Shown here piece after piece: positions 37,682-50,710 of a stretch of 64,000 nucleotides of DNA (positions are counted from its first letter, which is position 1; each line of letters opens with the position of its first letter). Where the stretch lies: the NCBI RefSeq assembly GCF_001194135.2, contig NC_068996.1:49474577-49538576 (forward strand), given 5' to 3'. The DNA comes from Octopus bimaculoides (taxonomy: Eukaryota). The notes under the pieces are model-generated. The model searched no databases. It was not told the DNA's origin and saw only the letters and a program-made list of their open reading frames with translations. The position numbers were made by a program, and so were the translations under genes.

Positions 37682-37900
37682 GGAATATTGGTCCTGCTGG
37701 GAATATTAGGTTGGCTGAAAATCCAAATTCCTCAACGAACTTTGACCTTTTTGATGGTGAAGGCAATGTGAACGATTCTTACAATATAGAAGCATTGTCT
37801 CCACACGTTTCCCTTCAGGAAACCCATGGGAATTTTGGCACAAATGTCAGTGAAACTAACGAAAGTGTAACTGCTGAATCGGATACTGTTGGAAGTTCAG
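37682..37900 (+). CDS. Internal coding exon (219 bp, phase 1-1) of an unidentified gene; Ser/Thr/Asn-rich low-complexity segment
   Basis: Acceptor tttttttttttctaatctag|GG and donor TTCAG|gtaaca. The frame is open across the exon: NIGPAGNIRLAENPNSSTNFDLFDGEGNVNDSYNIEALSPHVSLQETHGNFGTNVSETNESVTAESDTVGSS. Unique, non-repeat sequence with four N-x-S sequons. Confidence 0.72.
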
Positions 37901-38488
37901 GTAACAAATTAAAACCTTCTATTTTGATTGAACTGTTTTTTCTTAATTAGCACCGTGTTTATTAAACTGGAATTGTACTGTAAATTTTATTTTTTAAAAA
38001 ATAGATTAGACTACAAACTTAGGATATTAATAATAATAATAATCCTTTCTAACACAGCCTCAAATTTTGTGGGGGTGAGTTTCACAGTTACACCCCCTCC
38101 CCCAAGCGATAGTGCATAACTGGTACTTAATTTATCGACCCCGAAAATATGAAAGGCAAAGTCGACCTCGGCAGGATTTGAACTCAGAACGTGGTGACAG
38201 ACGAAATGCCGCTATGCATTTTGTCTGGTATGCTTACGATTCTGCCAGTTCGTCGCCTTAAGAACAATAATAATCTTTTCTACTGTTGGAACAAGGCCGG
38301 AAATCGGCACAATACTTGGACTAATCGATAATATTGATCCCTGTGCTCAACAGGTTCTTATTTTATCGACCTCGAAAAGATAATTGGTGAAGTCAACTTA
38401 AGCGGAATTTGAATTTCGAACATAGAGCCGGAAGAAATGCTGTTAAACATTCTGTCCGGCATAATAATGATTCTGCCAACTCACCACC

Positions 38489-38529
<41 letters not shown>

Positions 38530-38779
38530 CATAATCATAGTCGTTTCTTTATTATCCACTAAAAGTTTACAAAAAGACCGAGGACATTACAGAATGTGAT
38601 ACAATGTGGGATTTCTTGAAAGAGTAAACAGAAAAATAAAGAAACAATTATAACAATGGATAATTCCCCAAAAGAGAGAGAGAGATTTCTAAGGTGTACT
38701 AGTGGAAATCCCACAAAACCACAGTCAAATACTGAGGCAAGTGCCTTGTTTCTGTTGTTCTCATATCTACAAGTGCATG

Positions 38780-39420
38780 CTCAGAGTTGGCCCATTCACT
38801 CAAGTCATACTCACCATTCCACCTTTCAATGAATTTTCCAGAAAGCAGCACTTCCCTCTCCACCCTTCCTTTTCAAGTGAAACGCGAGAAAGTTAATGAG
38901 AGTTTGGCTAAAGGGGGGGAGGTGTATATCTTAAGCTCTTTCAGTCTGGCCACCATGCAAACCTCTTTTGTTAAGGCCAAAGGAGAGCAAATGGATGATG
39001 TTTATGGTGGGCTCAACAGATCTGTTCTACATGTAACAGCAACTCTTCGACATAAACTCATAAGTCAGTAATGCTTCATGTACTGGACAGGTGAGTGCAG
39101 AAGGGCTGCATCACTCTGCATGCACGTCAAGCGGGCCCAGTTTATGGCACTTCCATACCTCTAGAGTTTATCTCAAACTGGTACTGCCAGGCAAAGGATT
39201 TCTAGAAATTATCCATGTTCCCCAGCCCAAAAGTCCTCCAGAATAGACCAGCCAGTTGATTTTCATCAATGCCTAAAGTTTCCCTAAGAGCATTGTCATT
39301 CTTGCCCTTCACTAATGCTCTGTGGAACACCATGATGAAACTTCCACTAATCACACACAACCTGACTGTAAAGGGCTGTGAGCATTTGACAACATTCCAG
39401 ATGACCCTCAACAGCCTTCC
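38780..39420 (-). mobile_element. Tx1/L1-like LINE 3' remnant, heavily degenerate
   Basis: Frame-shifted fragments LRETLGIDENQLAGLFWRTFGLGNMDNF, TCMQSDAALLH (CCHC-knuckle-like), LINFLAFHLKRK and RVEREVLLSGKFIERW resemble L1/Tx1 C-termini (from memory). Confidence 0.55.
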
Positions 39421-40927
39421 CTCTATAAATATGATACTTTTTTTTTCTTTAATTGACTTGCGTTTTACTTTGTTGGTGCAGAGCCCCTAAAAAAAAATCC
39501 AGGTTTTGGATCTGGCCTGGATATCAAAAAGGTTGAGAACCACTGGTATAAACAGCACAGAATTCTACAGAATCACTACCAAGTAATACACTATATTCCC
39601 TACACAATCATCATACAATGAAATAACACACACCTTACATAGTATTTCACAGTTGACACCCAACACTATAACATCATTAGTCTGCATTTTACATAGTTGT
39701 CACCTTATAATATTAATTCAACCCACACAACATTTATTTTAACACAATTGCCACCCAACATTAAAACACACGCTGCCAATCACACAGCAGAAGCCAATAA
39801 CAACTCTATGTGTATTCTTATATGATTGACACCTGGTAAGGTGATACCAAGAACTCACACAGGTGCGAAACCATGTAGTGAGAAGCTTGCTTCCTAACCA
39901 CATGGTTCTGGGTTCAGTCCCACTGCGTGATACCTTGAGCAAATGTCTTCTCTATAGCCTCAGGCCAACCAAAGCTTTGTGAGTGGATTTGGTAGATGGA
40001 AACTGAAAGATGCCCATCATATATTTGTGTGTGTGTGTCTTTGTGCCTGCATTTGTCCTCCACCACCACTTGGCAACTGGTGTTGGTGTGTTTATATCCC
40101 TGTAACTTAGCAGTTTGGCAAGAGAGACCGATAGAATAAGTACCAGGCTTTAAAAAATGAGGGGGCCCTAGAGTCAATGCGTTCAACTAAAAATTTCTTC
40201 TGGGTGGTGCCAAAGCATGGCCACAGTCTGATAAGTAAAAATAACTCATGTTCACCTCATATGCATACTCTACTCATTCACTGAGCAGTGAAATGATATT
40301 AAACTCACATTACTGAGGAAATGACAATGGATCAGGAGATGTGGTGATTTGCTGTTATTTGATAAAATGCATCAGGCGAAGTAAAATCCCTGTCTTCCAC
40401 ACATACAGGTTTGTCCTTTCAGATGCCGGTACCACATAAAAAGCATTTGTACCAGTGCTGCATGAATGCACCCATGCCGGTGGCACCTACAAAGCACCGA
40501 GCACACTCTGTAAAGTGGTTGGCTTTAGGAAGAGTATCCAGCCATAGAAACCATGTTGGAGTCTGGACAGCTCCAAGTCAACCTGTCCAACCCATGCTAG
40601 CATGGAAAGCAAATGTTAAATGATGATGATGATGATGTTGATCACAGCAGGAATTAGTATTGAGGATGGTAGAAACATCTGGCCCAGAGTCACAGTGTCT
40701 GATTCGACAAAGCTCATGATGTTATGTGAGAGGTTTTTTTTTTTGCTACATTGATGGGTGGCTCTGGGTAACTCTGGTATCATGGTGGAAGGGGCCAGAG
40801 CACCTTCAGAGCTGCTCCACCACCTGATGAAACATTGAAGATTACATTCGGAAATGGGGTAAAACAGCACTCTCAGTGCACAGCTGTTTACCCTAAATAA
40901 TTATGCAACAGACGGCACACTAAAATA

Positions 40928-41289
40928 TGTTGTTGGCACTCCATCGCTTACAACATCGAGGGTTCCAGTTGATCCGATCAACGGAACAGCCTGCTCGTGA
41001 AATTAACGTGCAAGTGGCTAAGCACTCCACAGACACATGTACCCTTAACGTAGTTCTCGGGGATATTCAGTGTGACAAGGCTGACCCTTTGAAATACAGG
41101 CACAACAGAAACAGGGAGAAAGTTGTGGTGGAAGAGTACAGCAGGGTTCGCCACCATCCCCTGCCGGAGCCTCATGGAGCTTTAGGTGTTTTCGCTCAAT
41201 AAACACTCACAACACCCGGTCTGGGAATCGAAACCGCGATCTTATGACCGCGAGTCCGCTGCCCTAACCACTGGGCCATTGCGCCTCCA
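40928..41289 (-). mobile_element. SINE family C, full length
   Basis: Reverse complement of the same consensus; 12-bp TSD CACACTAAAATA (40916-40927 / 41290-41301). Confidence 0.9.
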
Positions 41290-41538
41290 CACACTAAAAT
41301 AACATAAGCATTAACAATATAAAATTCATCATCATCTTTATCATCATTTTGCCTCCACTTTCCATGCTGGCATAGGTTAAACAGTGACAAGATCTGACAC
41401 ATCAGAAAACCACATCATGCTATACTGCATTAGTTCTGGCTTGGTTTCTATAGCTGGATGCCCTTCTTAGTGCCAACCACTTTACACTGTGTACTGGATG
41501 ATCTTTTTGTGGTACCAGCACTTGCAAAGTCATCTTAA

Positions 41539-41750
41539 CTCTTTTGATATCAACCAACCTAGACCGCCCCAGGTTCTATGATGTAAACTTACTGTTCTAA
41601 AGTGGTCTAAAATTACAATTTTCCATCAAAATTTTACGTTAATTTGCTCCAAACTCCAGCTTAATAATGAGAAAGTCATTTGACGAAATACTTCAAAAAT
41701 TAATTGAAATAAAGGCAGCATATGTTGACCAAAATATGATAACAAAAGGG
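41539..41750. mobile_element. piggyBac-like MITE (TTAA target)
   Basis: TTAA-CTCTTTTGATATCA...TGATAACAAAAGGG-TTAA. A related copy lies at 55278-55490 and a partial one at ~24480-24580. Confidence 0.65.
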
Positions 41751-42577
41751 TTAAAAGACTGAGAAAGAGCCTCTTTACTCACCAACTCAAATGAGAATGA
41801 GAGAGAGATAGTGATTTTAGTTAAGGTAAGGTGGCGAGAGAAATGAAGGCTCATGGCTTAGTGGTTAGGGTGTTGGACTCGTGATTGTAAGATTGTGTAG
41901 TTTCATTTCCTGGACCGGGCAAGGCATTGTGTTCTTGAACAAAACACGTTGCTCCATTCCACTCGTGTGGTAAAGATGAGTAATCCTGTGATGGACTGAG
42001 GTCCTATCCAGGGAGGAATGTATACACAGGAAACCAGCGCTGTGCTCCTTCAAGGAGTAATGTAGACTGACAAAAGTGATGAGAGAGGATAGAGTATGAC
42101 AGAGAGAAACAGATTGTTGTGAGAGAGTAGCAGAGTAGACACTGTTGTTCTCTTTGCTGCCATTCTCTGATGTGGTATACACACAATTCTACACCACTAA
42201 TTAACCATATTGAGAATACACATGTATTCTGCTGTAGAGAACTGTAAGTGCTAGGCAATGCTACAGATATTCAATCTTGATCTTTGTTTGACACAAGATT
42301 GCAGCATCATCTCTTTGATGAAGCTGCAAGAAAACATGCCTCATACAACAACATCTCCTTGCTTTAGAAATCTCTGCAATGCCAACAGTCTCAGCACACA
42401 TACATATACATTTTCATCATCAGCCATAGGATACTGAGCCCTCCATGCAGATGCAAACACGTTTTCAAACACAATAGATGACCAGTGCCATCACAAGACT
42501 TACTGACTTATTGTTTGGGTGTCCCACGAGTCTCGGGGTTCAGTGCTAATCTATGTATGCTGTATTCTAGCTCTCAG

Positions 42578-42661
42578 TTCCAGTGCAGCAGATGGATCTT
42601 CTGGCTAGGAGAATGCATTCTTCTGCAAAAAGTGAAAAAGCAATCCATCTCACCAAATCAG
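42578..42661 (+). CDS. Candidate 84-bp phase 1-1 exon
   Basis: tgtattctagctctcag|TTCCAGTG...AAATCAG|gtgaaa; open frame PVQQMDLLARRMHSSAKSEKAIHLTKS, phase-compatible with the 37682-37900 exon. No recognised homology. Confidence 0.3.
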
Positions 42662-43087
42662 GTGAAAACTAAGAGAAAGCACAATTGTTAAGCAAATTGA
42701 CGGGCACTCCATTGGTTATGACAAGGGTTACAGTTGATACGGTCAGCGGAACAGCCTGCTCGGGAAATTGATGTGCAGGTGGCTGAGCATTTAACAAACA
42801 CGTTACTTACCTTTAACGTAGTTCTCATGACACAGAATGTGACAAGGTTGGCCCTTTGAAATACTCGTACAACCCATTTTTGCCAGCTGAGTGGACTGGA
42901 GCAATGTGAAATAAAGTGTCTTGCTCAAGGACACAACACACCACTGGGAATTGAACTCCAAGCATCTTATAAGGACCTAAGGTCCTGCAAGAAATAACAA
43001 GGATGGCTGGCATGGATCTCTCTCTCTCTCTCTCAGTACTGAGCCAGAAGGTCATGACTTGTCCTGGTTGATGTGTGTTCTAGTTAC

Positions 43088-43324
43088 CACTTCTTGTTCC
43101 TGCAGTACAGTGCCAACCATTTTGATTTCCATGGTGTCCATAACAAAGACATCCCATCTAGGAAAACAGTGACTGAATAGAAAGTGATGCTCCGTAGTGG
43201 GAGACACATAGTTTGGTTCTGCCACAGACAAGCTCTCTAGTCTCGGTAGCATGATAAAATGCTTCCAGTCCATTCTGTAAAGTTGGTAGTTGTAGAAAAG
43301 AGGATTCATCCACGAAATCCTTTT
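43088..43324 (-). CDS. Candidate 237-bp phase 0-0 exon
   Basis: aacaacag|AAAAGG...GAAGTG|gtaact; open for 79 aa, KRISWMNPLFYNYQLYRMDWKHFIMLPRLESLSVAEPNYVSPTTEHHFLFSHCFPRWDVFVMDTMEIKMVGTVLQEQEV. Weak pyrimidine tract and no recognised family. Confidence 0.3.
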
Positions 43325-44553
43325 CTGTTGTTATATGTATCAAATAATGAAGAATTTCAACATGCTCTGCTGGAATAGACTGGAATTATCAACACATGTC
43401 AGCATGGAAAGACAGATGTAAAATGGTTTGGTAGTGGTGATGGTGGGAGCGCCAGTGACAACAGGGGTAGGAGGATAGCAGTAGGGAGGGGGAAAAATGA
43501 ATTAAACTAATCCCAGCATTTGACAGAGCCTTGTTTCATTGATTCTCAGAAGCATCATCATCGTTTAATGTCTGCTTTCCATGCCAGCATGGGTTGGACG
43601 ATTTGACTGAGGACTGGTGAACCAGATGGCTACACCAGGCTCCAATCTGATTTGGCAGAGTTTCTACAGCTGGATGCCCTTCCTAATGCCAACCACTCAG
43701 AGAGTGTAGTGAGTGCTTTTACATGCCACCAGCACAAAAGCCAGTCAGGTGGTACTGGCAATGGCCACGCTCGAAATGGTGTCTTTTACGTACCACCTGC
43801 ACAGGAGCCAGTCCAGTAGCACTAGCAATGATCTCGCTCGAATGTCTTTACACATGCCACGGGCACAAGTGCCAAGAGGGTGACGTTGGTAACTATCATG
43901 CTCAAATGGTGCTATTTACATGCCCCCAGCACGGAAACCAGACAGCTGGTGCTCTGGCAACGATCACGCTCGGACGGTGCTCCACTGGTACAGGTTCCAA
44001 GCAAATAAAAAATATGATATATGATATTATCATGAATATGATAATGATAGTATCTTTTTGTAGCATGAAGTTGAGCTCGGTCAGCATATCCTATTTACAT
44101 ATAGACCCACATTGCAGAAATTTCACAGCAACATCTGTAGATGTTAATGTCTGATAATAGCGATTATCATGTTTTACAATTCACTTGCAAAATCCCTTTC
44201 TCAACATACACGTGCATCTCTCAACATGCAATGTGCATCTATGTGAGCGTACACATGTATTTTATATTTTTCCTATTAGTTTGCTCAAGACCAGTGTTTC
44301 TCAATCATTTTCTTCCAGTGGACCCAACTCATCCCTATTTTACTCTACTGGACCCTCTTTTTGAAAAATCCTATAATTTTTTTATTTTTTATAATTAGGT
44401 ACAGGTGTGGCTCTGTAGTAAGAAGCCTGCTTCCCAACCACATGGTTCCGGGTTCAACCACTGAATCTGCAATCATGTCTTCTGTTATAGCCCCAGATCA
44501 GCCAAAGCTTTGTGAGTGGATTTGGTAGACAAAAACTAAAGAAAAGCCTATTG

Positions 44554-44597
<44 letters not shown>

Positions 44598-47500
44598 CCG
44601 TTGGACTGGCTCCTGTGCAGGTGGCACGTAAAAACACCATTTGAGCGTGGCCGTTGCCAGTACCGCCAGACTGGCCCTTGTGCTGCTGGCACGTAAAAGC
44701 ACCCACTACACTCTTGGAGTGGTTGGCATTAAGAAGGGCATCCAGCTGTAGAAACTCTGCCAGATCAGATTGGAGCCTGTGTAGCCATCTGGTTCACCAG
44801 TCCTCAGTCAAATCATCCAACCCATACTAGCATGGAAAGCGGACGTTAAACGATGATGATGTAGAGAGAGAGAGGGGGGGGGATAAAGATCCTTCTTGAG
44901 TTATAGAGATTCACAGGGCAATTTTCACAGTTTCTGTGGCACATGTTTCCCCACTTAAACTGGATGGTTCTCTGTCGCAGGATTCCTCAATTTTGCCAGC
45001 TGAGTAGACCTGGAGCAATGTGTTGGTTTAAAAAAACTGCACATCACTCAGTCCAGGAATTGAAATCACAATCTTACAATCATGAGTCCAACACCGTAAC
45101 CACTAAGCCACATGCCTCTACATACATGTGTGTGTATGTGTGCATACCTGTGTATTTATGTGTCTTTTTGTGTGCGTCTCACATGACCGCTTGACAACTG
45201 GTGTTTGTTTGTTTACATCCCTGTAATTTAATGATTTGACAAAAGTGAAAGACTTAAAAAGTGAATACTAGGGTTGATTTGTTCAACTGAAAATTCTTCA
45301 AGGTGGTGCCCCAGAATGGCTGAAACAAGGAAAAGATAACAGATAAAACAATGTGGAATTATTTAGCCATTTTCAATAAGCTCAGACCCTTTTTAAAATT
45401 CTTCAAGTGGTTGAAAAAAATTTGAAATAATTCAAGTGATTGGAAGAATTCTTTAAAAATCCAAGAACTCTGTTGAACCATAATGGTGATTACAACTACT
45501 TTACTGTTTTAGCCTTTTGTTACCATATTTCTTTTGGAACCACATTGCCTCCATTTCTATTGATCTGAAAATGGTTAAAACTTTGTTTCCTTATCAAATG
45601 GTTCTGGGTTCAGCCCCACTGCATGGTATATTGGGCAAGAGTCTTTAACTATAGCCTTAGGCTGACCAAACACTTGTGAGTGTATTTCGTAGGCAGAAAG
45701 TGAATCAATCCAGTTGTGTGGAGTCTGGACAGCTTGCCAGCCCCATGTCAAACTGTCTAACTCATGCCAACTGGTGTTGGTTTGTTTATATCCCCATAGC
45801 TTAGTTCAGCAGAAAGAGAACAATAGAATAAGTACTAGGCTTGGAAAGAAATATGTTCTGCAGTTGCTTTGTTTGACTAAACCAATGGTCCTTAACTGGG
45901 TGTCCATATGGCCCTTGGTGGGGACCCATACAAGATTTTGTTGTTAAAATTTATCTGCAATAGATTGGTTATTCTGCTACAATAATGTTCTTAATTTTAT
46001 TTATGCAATTCATTATAATATTTAATTATAAAAATACAGTGGGATTATTTTTATAAAATAGGAATCAAGAGGGTTCATAGATCTATGTGTGGGGGTCTTT
46101 GTGTCTGTGTTTGGCCCCTCCCCTTCCCACTTGAAGACTGGTGTTGGTCTGTTTATGTCCCCCATAACTTAGCGGTTTGGCAAAAAAGAAAGATAAATGA
46201 TAGAATAAGTGCCAGGCTTTAAAAGAAAATAAAAAAGGTTGGGGTCAATTCATTTGACTAAAAATTCTTCAAGGTGGTACCCCAGCATGGCCACAGTCAA
46301 ATGACTGAAAATGGTAATTAGTAAATCTGGTAAAATAACTTTGACAGTTATTTTAATAATAAGCTAACGTTTTATTCTTTTACTTGTTTCAGTCATTTCA
46401 CTGTGGCCATGCTGGAGCACTGCCTTTAGTAGAACAAATCAACCCCAGGACTTATTCTGTCTGACTCTTTTGCCAAACTGTTAAGTTATGGGGATGTAAA
46501 CACAACATCGGTGTCAAGCGATGGTGAGGGGGCAAACACACACACACATGAATATATACATGTATGTGATGTCCTGTACCCAGATATGCATCTATATATA
46601 CATGTAGATGTAGGTATGTACATACATGTACGTATATATGCATATACTCACATATTATTTGTATTATTATTATTATTATATATATATATATANNNNNNNN
46701 NNNNNNNNNNNNNNNNNNNNNNNNNNNNNNNNNNNNNNNNNNNNNNNNNNNNNNNNNNNNNNNNNNNNNNNNNNNNNNNNNNNNNNNNNNNNNNNNNNNN
46801 NNNNNNNNNNNNNNNNNNNNNNNNNNNNNNNNNNNNNNNNNNNNNNNNNNNNNNNNNNNNNNNNNNNNNNNNNNNNNNNNNNNNNNNNNNNNNNNNNNNN
46901 NNNNNNNNNNNNNNNNNNNNNNNNNNNNNNNNNNNNNNNNNNNNNNNNNNNNNNNNNNNNNNNNNNNNNNNNNNNNNATATTTACCATAAAGGCATTACA
47001 AAAAGGGGACGAACAAGGACAGACAAACATAAAAGGGGTGAAGTAGCTGTATCCATTAAATATTTACAATTTTAAATACACAATAAAAATTGGATTATAT
47101 TTACAATGTTCGATTGAAGCATTGCTCATTACAGATGCAATTTGTAATGGCTTTCCTGAAGGATAGGCAACCGACCACCAGGGTAGACCCCTTGCTTTTT
47201 CTTTCCCTTGTTTTCACACAGCCACTCCTGCACCTGAACATAAATTAACAATAAAATTTAACTGTTGAAGGTTTTTACTTTAGGTCACTTTGTAAGAAGT
47301 TTGTATCATAGAGATGACCACCTTCCCCATCCCTCACCCCAGGTTGTTTGGAATGAATGGGGTCAATCCCTTATAACTAGTAACCAGGGCATACCACATG
47401 GAATGTCCTTCTTTAAATGATGATGATATATGAAATCTTTAAACCTTGGCTATGGCTGTAAGTTGTAGTTTCCTTATATATGAAACACTTTGTCCCTGCA

Positions 47501-47724
47501 AGTAATTAATATGTATTTATTGACGTTTTTCTTGGTTTTTATTGCCCATTGCTTTTGTTTTATTTTTTTCTTTCTCTCCTTTATTTTAGGTTTCTTTCAC
47601 TTTAATCTACTTCACCACCATTCCTCTCCTTCTTCTTCTTCTTCTTCTTCTTCTTCCCTCACTGTCCCATTGTAATGACCTTTGACCACAACTGCTGATA
47701 CCTACACATTCCATTTCACTCAAT

Positions 47725-47761
<37 letters not shown>

Positions 47762-48677
47762 CCTACCTGCCCTGCTTTCTTTACACACCTACATATTTCA
47801 CAGTATTGACCAACCCACATATATGCATACACATACATACACAAGCCTTGACTTCCATTACTTGCTCTTAAAGGGCNNNNNNNNNNNNNNNNNNNNNNNN
47901 NNNNNNNNNNNNNNNNNNNNNNNNNNNNNNNNNNNNNNNNNNNNNNNNNNNNNNNNNNNNNNNNNNNNNNNNNNNNNNNNNNNNNNNNNNNNNNNNNNNN
48001 NNNNNNNNNNNNNNNNNNNNNNNNNNNNNNNNNNNNNNNNNNNNNNNNNNNNNNNNNNNNNNNNNNNNNNNNNNNNNNNNNNNNNNNNNNNNNNNNNNNN
48101 NNNNNNNNNNNNNNNNNNNNNNNNNNNNNNNNNNNNNNNNNNNNNNNNNNNNNNNNNNNNNNNNNNNNNNNNNNNNNNNNNNNNNNNNNNNNNNNNNNNN
48201 NNNNNNNNNNNNNNNNNNNNNNNNNNNNNNNNNNNNNNNNNNNNNNNNNNNNNNNNNNNNNNNNNNNNNNNNNNNNNNNNNNNNNNNNNNNNNNNNNNNN
48301 NNNNNNNNNNNNNNNNNNNNNNNNNNNNNNNNNNNNNNNNNNNNNNNNNNNNNNNNNNNNNNNNNNNNNNNNNNNNNNNNNNNNNNNNNNNNNNNNNNNN
48401 NNNNNNNNNNNNNNNNNNNNNNNNNNNNNNNNNNNNNNNNNNNNNNNNNNNNNNNNNNNNNNNNNNNNNNNNNNNNNNNNNNNNNNNNNNNNNNNNNNNN
48501 ATATATATATATATACTCTTTACTCTCTTTCACTCTTTTACTTGTTTCAGTCATTTGACTGCGGCCATGCTGGAGCCCCACCTTTAGTCGAGCAAATCGA
48601 CCCCAGCACTTATTCTTTGTAAGCCTAGTACTTATTGTATCGGTCTCTTTTGCCGAACCGCTAAGTTACATACGTAT

Positions 48678-49055
48678 AGGTGCAAGTGTGACTGTGTGGT
48701 AAGAAGCTTGCTTCCCAACCACATGGTTCTGAGGCAGTCCCACTGTTTTGCACTTTGGGCAAGTGTCTTCTACTATCGCCTTGGGCCGACCAAAGCCCTG
48801 TGAGTGGACTTGGTAGATGGAAACTGAAAGAAGCCCGTCATATATGTATATATATGTGTGTCTGTGTTAGTCCCCCCAACATAGCTTGACAATCAATGTT
48901 GGTATGTTTACGTGCCCGTAACTTAGTGGTTTGGCAAAAGAGACTGATAGGATAAGTACTAGACTTACAAAGAATAAGTTCCTGGTTCGATTTGATTGAC
49001 TAAAGGCAGTGCTCCAGCGTGGCCGCAATCAAATGACAGAAAAACATAGATAAAA
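48678..49055 (+). mobile_element. SINE family A, adjacent to a minus-strand tail fragment at ~48520-48670
   Basis: Family consensus match. Confidence 0.85.
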
Positions 49056-49429
49056 GAATTAAGTATTTATGGAATTTTCATTTACTGTCGGGTGACACCT
49101 TGGGCAAGTGTCCTCTACTATAGCCTTGGGCCAGTCAAAGCTTTGTGAGTCGATTTGGTAGATGGAAACTGAAAGAAGCCCATCATGTGTATATATGTGT
49201 GTGTACATGTATATATATCTCTGTATATGTATAGATATCTGTGTGTGTCTGTGTTTGTAACCTGCACTACCGCTTGACAACCTGTGTTGGTGTGTTTGCG
49301 CCCATATAACTTAGCAGCTCAGCAAAAAGACCCTGATAGAATAGGTACTGAGGATCGATTTATTTGACTAAAAATTCAAGGTGGTGCCCCAGCATTGCCG
49401 CTGTCTAGTGGCTGAAACAAGTAAAAGAG

Positions 49430-49510
<81 letters not shown>

Positions 49511-49635
49511 TGCGTCTAACTCACTATTGACCCTTCCATCAACGCACACATGCAAACACACATACACACATGCAGTTACTTCCACATACATGCGCTGCCA
49601 CACATGCACAAGCTCATGCACACCGACCATCTTCA

Positions 49636-49880
49636 CACTCTGCTGTCCCAGAAAGTACTTTTCCTTCCTTCCTTCTACTTCCAGTCACTTCAGTAATGTA
49701 ACCACACGTGAACTGTTGGCCATTTTTTTCCCTCGTTTCTGTTTTATCTTTAGACTGTTTTCCCTATATTCAAAGAGGAGCTCTGCTCGAAATGTAAAAC
49801 AACTACTCTCTTCTTTTTCAGCATCTTATTAATATATTGCTTATGCTATGTCCTCACATGTTTGTTTTTTTCTTTTTCTG
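49636..49880 (+). repeat. PLE pLTR-like repeat with a decayed hammerhead (copy 1)
   Basis: ttCAAAGA-G-GAGC-tct-GCTC-GAAAtGTA-AAAC at 49767-49800. It is a diverged direct repeat of 50457-50710. Confidence 0.5.
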
Positions 49881-50456
49881 TGTTTTTTAAATTAGCTATA
49901 TTTATATATGTATATATATATATATATATATATNNNNNNNNNNNNNNNNNNNNNNNNNNNNNNNNNNNNNNNNNNNNNNNNNNNNNNNNNNNNNNNNNNN
50001 NNNNNNNNNNNNNNNNNNNNNNNNNNNNNNNNNNNNNNNNNNNNNNNNNNNNNNNNNNNNNNNNNNNNNNNNNNNNNNNNNNNNNNNNNNNNNNNNNNNN
50101 NNNNNNNNNNNNNNNNNNNNNNNNNNNNNNNNNNNNNNNNNNNNNNNNNNNNNNNNNNNNNNNNNNNNNNNNNNNNNNNNNNNNNNNNNNNNNNNNNNNN
50201 NNNNNNNNNNNNNNNNNNNNNNNNNNNNNNNNNNNNNNNNNNNNNNNNNNNNNNNNNNNNNNNNNNNNNNNNNNNNNNNNNNNNNNNNNNNNNNNNNNNN
50301 NNNNNNNNNNNNNNNNNNNNNNNNNNNNNNNNNNNNNNNNNNNNNNNNNNNNNNNNNNNNNNNNNNNNNNNNNNNNNNNNNNNNNNNNNNNNNNNNNNNN
50401 NNNNNNNNNNNNNNNNNNNNNNNNNNNNNNNNNNNNNNNNNAATTACCATTTTTGC

Positions 50457-50710
50457 ACTCTCCTGTTCCAGAAAGCATTTTCTCTTTTTTCCTACTTTCG
50501 GTCACTTACTTCAAAAATGTAACGACACATGATTGTTGGTGATTTTTTTTTTTTTCCTCCTTCATCTTGTACTTTCCTGTTTCTTGTTTCCAAAGAAGAT
50601 CTATGCTTGAAACGTAAAACTTCTACTCTTTTCCTTCTCTGTGCTTCTTATTAATACATTGCTTGTGCCATGTCCAAATGTTTAGTTGTTTTTTTTTTTC
50701 TTTTTCTTTG
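50457..50710 (+). repeat. PLE pLTR-like repeat with a decayed hammerhead (copy 2)
   Basis: GTTT-CCAAAGA-A-GATCtatGCTT-GAAACGTA-AAAC at 50586-50620: stem I GTTT/AAAC, ACGT palindrome, GUA triplet, mutated core. Confidence 0.5.
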
